Shown here: one piece after another, positions 26,894 to 32,990 of the stretch
Layout: every line of letters begins with the position of its first letter
Numbering within the stretch: the stretch's first letter is position 1
Source of the DNA: Flavipsychrobacter stenotrophus
GTDB lineage: Bacteria; Bacteroidota; Bacteroidia; Chitinophagales; Chitinophagaceae
Direction of reading: 5' to 3'
DNA length: 32,990 bases
Assembly: GCA_947371715.1 (NCBI GenBank)
Contig: CANBQQ010000001.1
Coordinates: forward strand, 1-32,990
Made by a program: the position numbers and the translations under genes
Notes under the pieces: generated by a model
Told to the model about the DNA's origin: nothing
The model's input: the letters and a program-made list of their open reading frames with translations, nothing else
Database searches by the model: none

Positions 26894-27583
26894 ATGAACA
26901 GGATAGACAGGCTTTTTGGCATCCTCACCTTACTGCAATCAAGAAAATATGTACCCGCAGAGAAAATAGCGCAGCAATTCAACAAGAGTGTACGCACGGT
27001 GTACCGCGACATTAAGGCACTCTGCGAACAAGGCATTCCCGTGAGCTTTGAACAGAATAAGGGGTACTTTGTGGTAAAGGATTATTTCCTTGCTCCGGTT
27101 TCATTTACTACAGATGAGGCCAATGCATTCCTGTTAATGGAAGCTCTTGTGTCAGGGTTTGCAGATAAGTCTATACAGACACATTATTCCAGCGCGTTGA
27201 ATAAGGTAAAGTCTGTGTTGCGTCATTCGCAGAAAGAGAAGCTGGAACTATTGAATGACAACATTAAGCTACAGGTACCGGCCTTCATCAATCATGATTA
27301 TGAATACCTCTCGCCGCTACAATCAGCCATTTCGTCACGCATCATAATAGAGATCGGCTACAAGAATAATAATGGCGAAGTGAGCAAACGTTCTATGGAA
27401 CCGATTGGCTTAATATTCTACGCGTTCAATTGGCATCTTATAGCCTGGTGCCATAATAGAAAAGAGTATCGCGATTTCAGGGTATCTCGCATCATTAATA
27501 TAAAATGTACAGACAACCCGTTCACAAAGACCGACCATATTGATCTGAACGACTACCTCAAATCATTACCGGTTAGTTGGTAA
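26894..27583 (+). CDS. YafY-family wHTH-WYL transcriptional regulator
   Basis: MNRIDRLFGI..LLQS, SVRTVYRDI..L...GIP HTH; WYL domain R.MEP.GL.FY..NWHLIAWC..R..YRDFRVSRI. Confidence 0.93.
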   Translation: MNRIDRLFGILTLLQSRKYVPAEKIAQQFNKSVRTVYRDIKALCEQGIPVSFEQNKGYFVVKDYFLAPVSFTTDEANAFLLMEALVSGFADKSIQTHYSSALNKVKSVLRHSQKEKLELLNDNIKLQVPAFINHDYEYLSPLQSAISSRIIIEIGYKNNNGEVSKRSMEPIGLIFYAFNWHLIAWCHNRKEYRDFRVSRIINIKCTDNPFTKTDHIDLNDYLKSLPVSW

Positions 27584-27631
27584 TGCAGCACTAAAATAAA
27601 TTTCCGAAAATATTTTCACCTCCGTTTTCAG

Positions 27632-27668
27632 ACTGCCATAGGGATGTCAGTGGGCGTTTCTAGCTTTG
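27632..27668 (+). promoter_or_regulatory. Putative WYL-regulator binding palindrome and -7 box of the dinB-family gene
   Basis: ACTGCCA-taggga-TGTCAGT (27632-51; arms 6/7 symmetric), 9 nt upstream of TAGCTTTG (27661-68). Confidence 0.65.
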
Positions 27669-27700
27669 TGTCATCAAACAAAAAACTAAAAACGAAACAC

Positions 27701-28198
27701 ATGAACATCATCCCGATTTTAATGAAAGAAATGGCCAATGAGGCAGTGATCACCCGCAAAATGCTGTCTATCATTCCCGAAGACAAGTACGACTGGCAGC
27801 CGCACCCAAAGAGTATGACCATCAGGCAGCTGGCTTCGCATATTGCAGAACTACCGGGTTGGGCGGCTATGGGCCTTACTACTCCTGAGCTCGATTTCGC
27901 CGCTAATCCATACACTCCGCAGCCAATAAATAATAATGCAGAGCTACTAGAATTCTTTGAAGAAAAGCAAAAGCAAGGTTTGGCAGAACTTGAAAAAGCG
28001 ACAGAAGAACAACTGCTTGAGCCATGGACGCTCCGCAACGGCGAGATGATCCTGGCCCAGTACCAGAAACATGAAGTAGTACGCGTAGCACTCGATCAGA
28101 CCACCCACCACCGTGCACAGCTGGGCGTATATCTCCGTCTTTTAAATGTGCCAATTCCCGGCAGCTATGGTCCAAGTGCCGATGAGTTAGGTAAGTAA
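27701..28198 (+). CDS. DinB/YfiT family protein
   Basis: DWQPHPKSMTI.QLASHIAE and HHRAQLGVYLRLL.VP.PGSYGPSADE; ATG 27701 follows an A-rich leader. Confidence 0.93.
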   Translation: MNIIPILMKEMANEAVITRKMLSIIPEDKYDWQPHPKSMTIRQLASHIAELPGWAAMGLTTPELDFAANPYTPQPINNNAELLEFFEEKQKQGLAELEKATEEQLLEPWTLRNGEMILAQYQKHEVVRVALDQTTHHRAQLGVYLRLLNVPIPGSYGPSADELGK

Positions 28199-28212
28199 CA
28201 TTTCAATCCCTG

Positions 28213-28247
28213 CTGTTGTCTGTATATCTTTACAGGCAACAGTTTTT
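28213..28247 (+). terminator. Terminator-like hairpin between the dinB-family and GyrI-like genes
   Basis: CTGTTGTCTGTA-tatctt-TACAGGCAACAG followed by TTTTT. Confidence 0.65.
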
Positions 28248-28256
28248 ATCTCCAAA

Positions 28257-28886
28257 ATGAACATGGAAAAACTAGATCTCACCAAAAAATATAAAAGCTA
28301 TTATACCGCTAAAACAAAACCGGAACTGATCAACGTAGAAGCTGCACAGTTTCTATCGATCCTGGGGAAAGGCGACCCATCAGGTGCGGAATTTGGCGTG
28401 AGTATTAGTGCCCTTTATACGGTCGCCTATGTTATTAAATTCATGTGCAAGGCAGAAGGCAACGACTTTACAGTAGCTAAACTGGAAGGCCTGTGGTGGT
28501 ATGATGAAGAAAAGTACAAAGATGTAACCATTTCAGAGACACCTCTTCAGATACCGCGTAGTGAATGGTACTACAGACTATTGATTCGCCTGCCTGAATT
28601 CGTCAACGCAGCACATATCGCAATGGGCATCACTACTGCCATTGAAAAGAAACAGGTAGCAGGTGCTAAAGATGTGGAACTACATCTTATGGGTGCTCAT
28701 AAAGCGGTGCAGATGATGCATATCGGGCCGTTCGATAAAGAATCAGAAACATTGCTGCAGATCAATGAATTTATGCAGGCCAACAACCTTCCCAGGAATG
28801 GATTGCACCATGAAATTTACCTCTTAGACTTCAGGAAAACAGCCCCCGACAAACTGAAGACCATACTACGGGAACCCACCATTTAA
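28257..28886 (+). CDS. GyrI-like small-molecule binding domain protein
   Basis: LDL.KKYK.YY, FLSI.GKGDP, KLEGLWW, VQMMHIGPFD.E, HHEIYL.D.RKTAP.KLKTILR.P. Confidence 0.9.
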   Translation: MNMEKLDLTKKYKSYYTAKTKPELINVEAAQFLSILGKGDPSGAEFGVSISALYTVAYVIKFMCKAEGNDFTVAKLEGLWWYDEEKYKDVTISETPLQIPRSEWYYRLLIRLPEFVNAAHIAMGITTAIEKKQVAGAKDVELHLMGAHKAVQMMHIGPFDKESETLLQINEFMQANNLPRNGLHHEIYLLDFRKTAPDKLKTILREPTI

Positions 28887-29446
28887 AACTTCATTGCCGC
28901 CCAATTTTTCAGCAGCTGTAAACCATGCTCAGTACCTACTGATTCAGGATGGAACTGCACACCAATGACCGGATATTTATTATGTCCTATTGCCATAATA
29001 ATACCATCCCCGGTTGTGGCTATAACCTTCATCTCTGTGCCTGCTATACCCTCTATTGCCAATGAGTGATACCGCATAACCGTGAATGGGGACGATATCC
29101 CTTTGAACAGTTCGTGCCCAGTATGATCTACCTCACTTGTCTTCCCGTGCATGGGAGCCGCATGTACCAGCTGAGCACCAAAATACATACCCAATGCCTG
29201 GTGGCCGAGACATACACCCAGTATGGGCAGCTTGTCGTGAAAGTGAGCAATGACATCCATTGTAATGCCTGCCTGTAGCGGGGTTTCAGGACCGGGAGAA
29301 ATGATGATACGTTCAGGGCCCAATGCTATCAACTCTTCAACGGTCACTTCATCGTTTTTATACACCACACACTCATGCCCTGTCTGCAACAGGTAGTGAT
29401 GCAGTATGTAGGTAAATGAGTCGTAGTTATCAATGAGTATGTACAC
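28883..29446 (-). CDS. pabA: Aminodeoxychorismate/anthranilate synthase component II (class I glutamine amidotransferase)
   Basis: IDNYDSFT, ISPGP, LGVCLGHQ, RYHSL, GVQFHPES; GTG start at 29446. trpG cannot be excluded; no trp genes are adjacent. Confidence 0.88.
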   Translation of the reverse strand: MYILIDNYDSFTYILHHYLLQTGHECVVYKNDEVTVEELIALGPERIIISPGPETPLQAGITMDVIAHFHDKLPILGVCLGHQALGMYFGAQLVHAAPMHGKTSEVDHTGHELFKGISSPFTVMRYHSLAIEGIAGTEMKVIATTGDGIIMAIGHNKYPVIGVQFHPESVGTEHGLQLLKNWAAMKF

Positions 29447-29555
29447 TATGAAAAAACTTAAAACCAAAAGTAAAAACTTAAAACATTGTCACTGCTTCTT
29501 TATAACTACACCCTATACACTTACCTCGTAGACCGTCACTTGTCTCTGTATTAAG

Positions 29556-29587
29556 AAGTCCCGATGTACAAACATACATCGGGACTT
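29556..29587. terminator. Hairpin downstream of purL (terminator or REP-like)
   Basis: AAGTCCCGATGTA-caaaca-TACATCGGGACTT, 13-bp perfect stem. Confidence 0.65.
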
Positions 29588-29622
29588 TATTAACTAACGA
29601 TTTGTCGTACTTCATTAAGCCA

Positions 29623-31824
29623 TTAAGCCAGTAGCTTCTCCAGCGCCGTATCGTATGCTTCTTTCCAGTCGCTGATATAACCCCAGCTCTGGCCATCTAC
29701 ACATATTTCCTTATGAGCATTTACTATACCCAATTTAGTGAACGGCAAGCCCTTCAATTCTGCTTCAAATAAAGCACAAAGATCTGTATTTACAGATACC
29801 ACAACACGGCTCTGCGCCTCGCCAAACAGCATAGCATCCTTACGCAGGTTAGCATCTGTCGTCATGTTGAAGCCAAGGCCGTTAGCCATCGCACTTTCCA
29901 GCATACAGGCAAACAAACCGCCTTCAGAAATATCGTGAGCAGACTTTACCAGCTTCAATGAAATAAGATTAGCAACGGTCTGTTGCAGCACATACTCCTC
30001 TTCAAGTTCAAAATGCGGTGCCGGACTGTGTGTTTCGCCAATTATGTGGTGCAGGTATTCAGAACAATTGATGTCATTGTAATTAGTACCCAGCATGTAT
30101 ACAGTATCACCGGGGTGTTTAAAGCCCAGCGACATTTTCTGATTAATATTTTCCAGTACTCCCACCATACCAATTGTAGGCGTAGGATACACCGGGCCAT
30201 CTTCGCTCTGGTTGTAGAAGCTTACGTTACCACCTGTTACAGGGGTATCAAATTTGCGGCATGCTTCACCCATACCCTGTATTGCCTCTACAAACTGGTA
30301 GTACACTTCAGGATTATAAGGATTACCAAAGTTCAGACAGTTGGTAATAGCTACCGGTAAGCCACCACTGCAGACAATATTTCTTGCAGCTTCACTCACT
30401 GCTATCATAGCACCCTTGCGTGGGTTGGCATATACATAACGGCTGTTACAATCGGTAGTCATAGCAAGGGCCTTTTCTGTACCGTGTACACGTACTATTG
30501 CCGCATCACTAGGCTCATTGGTCTGTGTGTTGCCAGTGCCTACCATGCTGTCGTACTGCTCGTAGATCCAGCGCTTAGAGGCAATGTTAGGCAGTTGTAT
30601 CAACTGGTAAGCTATCTCCTTCAGATCTGCCGGCTGCGCAACATTGTTGATGTCGAACTTGTTGATCTCCGCGAGATACGCAGGCGTTGTGAACTGGCGC
30701 TCATAGATAGGGGCACCGCCACCCAGCACAAGGCTCTCAGCAGGTACATCAGCTATCAGCTCACCATTCATGTAGTACTTCAGGTTAAGGTCTTTTGTTA
30801 CCTCACCTATCTGCACGCAGTGTATATCCCACTTATCAAATATGGTCTGCACTTCGCTTTCACGGCCTTTCTTCACCACTATCAGCATACGCTCCTGGCT
30901 TTCGCTCAGCAGCATTTCCCATGGCTTCATATTGGCCTGGCGGGTAGGCACCTTATCCAGGTGTATGATCATGCCATGCTCGCCCTTGGCGCTCATTTCG
31001 CTGGTGCTGCAAGTAATACCCGCCGCTCCCATATCCTGCATACCTATTAATGCACCGGTAGGTATCATTTCAAGGCACGCTTCCAGTAATTTCTTTTCTT
31101 CGAATGGATCACCTACCTGTACTGAAGGCAGTTGCTCTGCACTGTTCTCACTGATATCTGCCGATGCGAATGATGCACCACCAATACCATCCTTACCTGT
31201 AGAAGCACCAACTATAAACACCGGATTACCTTCTCCGTGCGATGTTGCTGATACTGTTTGTCCTACACGCACCACACCAACGCTCATAGCGTTTACAAGC
31301 GGGTTGGTCTGGTAGCAACTTTCGTAGTAAACCTCGCCTGCAACTGTAGGTACACCAAAGCAGTTACCGTAGTGGCCAATACCCTTTACAACGCCCTTTA
31401 TCAACCATTTGGTCTTAGGGTTATCTACCTTACCAAAACGGAGTGAGTTGAGGGAAGCGATGGGACGTGCGCCCATGGTGAATATGTCGCGGTGTATGCC
31501 GCCCACGCCGGTTGCCGCACCCTGGAAGGGCTCAATAGCAGACGGGTGATTATGAGACTCTATCTTGAAGACGCAACCCCAGCCGTCGCCTATATCTACC
31601 AGGCCGGCATTCTCTTCACCTGCTTTTACCAGCAGTTTATCACCATCTCGGGGGAGGGTTTTAAGCCATGTAATGGAGTTTTTGTAGCTGCAGTGCTCAC
31701 TCCACATTACGGAGTACATAGCAGTTTCAGTAAAATTGGGCGTGCGGCCCAGTATCTCCTTTATCTTTTCAAATTCTTCTTCGCGTAGCCCCAGTTTAGT
31801 GGCTTGCTCGAGTGTGGCGATCAT
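29623..31824 (-). CDS. purL: Phosphoribosylformylglycinamidine synthase subunit PurL (small type)
   Basis: MWSEHCSYK, FKIESHNHPSAIEP.QGAATGVGGI.RDI, QDMGAAG, LSESQERM, NCLNFGNP, GGNVSFYN, HDISEGGL; ATG 31824 lies 4 nt after TACGTTTG (31836-31829). Confidence 0.98.
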   Translation of the reverse strand: MIATLEQATKLGLREEEFEKIKEILGRTPNFTETAMYSVMWSEHCSYKNSITWLKTLPRDGDKLLVKAGEENAGLVDIGDGWGCVFKIESHNHPSAIEPFQGAATGVGGIHRDIFTMGARPIASLNSLRFGKVDNPKTKWLIKGVVKGIGHYGNCFGVPTVAGEVYYESCYQTNPLVNAMSVGVVRVGQTVSATSHGEGNPVFIVGASTGKDGIGGASFASADISENSAEQLPSVQVGDPFEEKKLLEACLEMIPTGALIGMQDMGAAGITCSTSEMSAKGEHGMIIHLDKVPTRQANMKPWEMLLSESQERMLIVVKKGRESEVQTIFDKWDIHCVQIGEVTKDLNLKYYMNGELIADVPAESLVLGGGAPIYERQFTTPAYLAEINKFDINNVAQPADLKEIAYQLIQLPNIASKRWIYEQYDSMVGTGNTQTNEPSDAAIVRVHGTEKALAMTTDCNSRYVYANPRKGAMIAVSEAARNIVCSGGLPVAITNCLNFGNPYNPEVYYQFVEAIQGMGEACRKFDTPVTGGNVSFYNQSEDGPVYPTPTIGMVGVLENINQKMSLGFKHPGDTVYMLGTNYNDINCSEYLHHIIGETHSPAPHFELEEEYVLQQTVANLISLKLVKSAHDISEGGLFACMLESAMANGLGFNMTTDANLRKDAMLFGEAQSRVVVSVNTDLCALFEAELKGLPFTKLGIVNAHKEICVDGQSWGYISDWKEAYDTALEKLLA

Positions 31825-31900
31825 AATGCAAACGTACAAATTTTTTACCTGAGGAACATAATAATGCCATTGGGATGTCTAAAATATGCGCCTCTGCTAT

Positions 31901-32185
31901 TGGTTGCGACCCTACGGATCGCGCTGCTGTATTTTTATTTTAGAACTACAAAGCTTTTGCACCTAACGGCGCAATGACATTGACCTAAGGATTCTTCTAT
32001 ATTGAGTGCGCTCCTTCAGAGCTTTTGCGTTGTGGTGGTTTCTGACGTAGGGCTAAAATGCCCTACGCTATTGAGTTAGCTCTTTCAGAGCTATTCATTT
32101 ACACTAATTTTTGACTTACAGAAAGTGCCTTTCAGAGTTATAAAACCGCTAAGTCAATTCCATTGACCTGACGGCGCAATGACAT
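31901..32185. repeat. REP-like cluster
   Basis: Unit 31901-31978 similar to 8285-8362; TATTGAGT..GCTC.TTCAGAGCT twice (32000-23, 32069-92) around hairpin CGTAGGGC-taaaat-GCCCTACG; ACCT.ACGGCGCAATGACAT twice (~31961, ~32166). Confidence 0.8.
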
Positions 32186-32246
32186 GGAGTATGCGGATTT
32201 TGAAAAGTCTATTGGGTAAAATTTATATTGTATTATCTATTAATTG

Positions 32247-32276
32247 GTAAAGGCTATCATTTCTGATAGCCTTTAC
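32247..32276 (-). terminator. Terminator hairpin after the T9SS cargo gene
   Basis: GTAAAGGCTATCA-tttc-TGATAGCCTTTAC. Confidence 0.75.
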
Positions 32277-32295
32277 ATTATATAAAATATATTTT

Positions 32296-32990
32296 TTATT
32301 CTTTTATCAACTTCTGCACTGCAACTCTGTTACCTGCCTCATCAAACAGCATGATAACATACATACCTGTAGATAAGTTGCTGATATCCATGGTGTGGGC
32401 GTTTGATTGTTCGGCAACAACCTTGCCATCAAGGCTGCTGATAACTGCTTTTACAGATACAGGGGAAACGATAGACACCAGTCCGGTTGTAGGATTAGGA
32501 TGTACTGAAATCGACTTCCTCAGGTCCGGACCATTAACGCTTACAGCAGTAATGGTTCTGTTTGCAGACATTTTTTCGCAACCGAAAGTATCCGTTACAT
32601 AAACGCTGTAGAAGCCAGGATCTGTAGCGGCAACGCTGTATGAGTTTGCACCCGGAATAGCTACACCACCCTGATACCATTGGTAGCTTGTATAGAAAGT
32701 ACCCGTAGACAATGTTTCAGTAAAGAAATCGTAAGTAAGTATAGGATTTGGCAACGGACGAATAGTAATAGGCCGTACTCGATAGCAACCTGTAGGTAAC
32801 GTATACGTTATAGACGCTATACCACCCGCTACACCGGTAACAATACCGGTTGCAGAGTTTACCACAGCAACAGCCGGTGTACCGCTGGACCATGTACCAC
32901 CTAATGACAGGTTATGCAAGGTATCTGATGTCAAAGCGCAGAAGGCACCAGTGCCGGTAATAGCCACCGGAAGCGGGTTAACTGTAAAAG
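32296..32990 (-). CDS. C-terminal part of a T9SS type A sorting-domain protein with Ig-like repeats (5' end outside window)
   Basis: Frame open to the window edge (FTVNPLPVAITG); Big_2-like GGTWSS.TPAVA.V...TG.VTGV; CTD VHPNPTTG...DISNLSTGMY.I......QKLIKE. Confidence 0.92.
   Translation of the reverse strand, partial: FTVNPLPVAITGTGAFCALTSDTLHNLSLGGTWSSGTPAVAVVNSATGIVTGVAGGIASITYTLPTGCYRVRPITIRPLPNPILTYDFFTETLSTGTFYTSYQWYQGGVAIPGANSYSVAATDPGFYSVYVTDTFGCEKMSANRTITAVSVNGPDLRKSISVHPNPTTGLVSIVSPVSVKAVISSLDGKVVAEQSNAHTMDISNLSTGMYVIMLFDEAGNRVAVQKLIKE

Noticed and set aside
31840-32240. Purine or ZTP riboswitch upstream of purL
   Set aside because: No recognisable aptamer consensus; the -7 box lies 4 nt from the ATG, leaving no leader; the region is explained by REP-like repeats.

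Overview
Chromosomal segment of a Bacteroidota bacterium, probably Chitinophagaceae. The phylum call is inferred from TAnnTTTG -7 promoters, a T9SS C-terminal sorting domain and a fused E1 alpha/beta dehydrogenase; the family call is a judgement from overall gene content. Core genes are secA, purL, a pabA/trpG-type amidotransferase, a fused 2-oxoacid dehydrogenase E1, and YihY, YkgJ, GHL10/YddW, TIGR00266, Omp85-like and MgtC family genes. Accessory parts: two type II toxin-antitoxin pairs (ParDE, HigBA-like), each followed by an uncharacterised envelope protein; a YafY/WYL-DinB-GyrI-like module with a visible palindromic site; and paaC/paaD interleaved with one GT2 and two GT-C-like glycosyltransferase genes. 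Intergenic DNA is dense in REP-like hairpins of several families. The most unusual non-coding stretch is 3315-4195: a ~90-100 bp direct repeat, nested hairpins, an array of 10-bp AAAGTGGCAG iterons in both orientations, and a leftward promoter-like site with a boxA-like element. A candidate 27-aa leaderless membrane microprotein lies at 1482-1565. I saw no rRNA, tRNA, CRISPR array, integrase, transposase or reverse transcriptase. All family calls come from motif recognition by eye, with no database searches.
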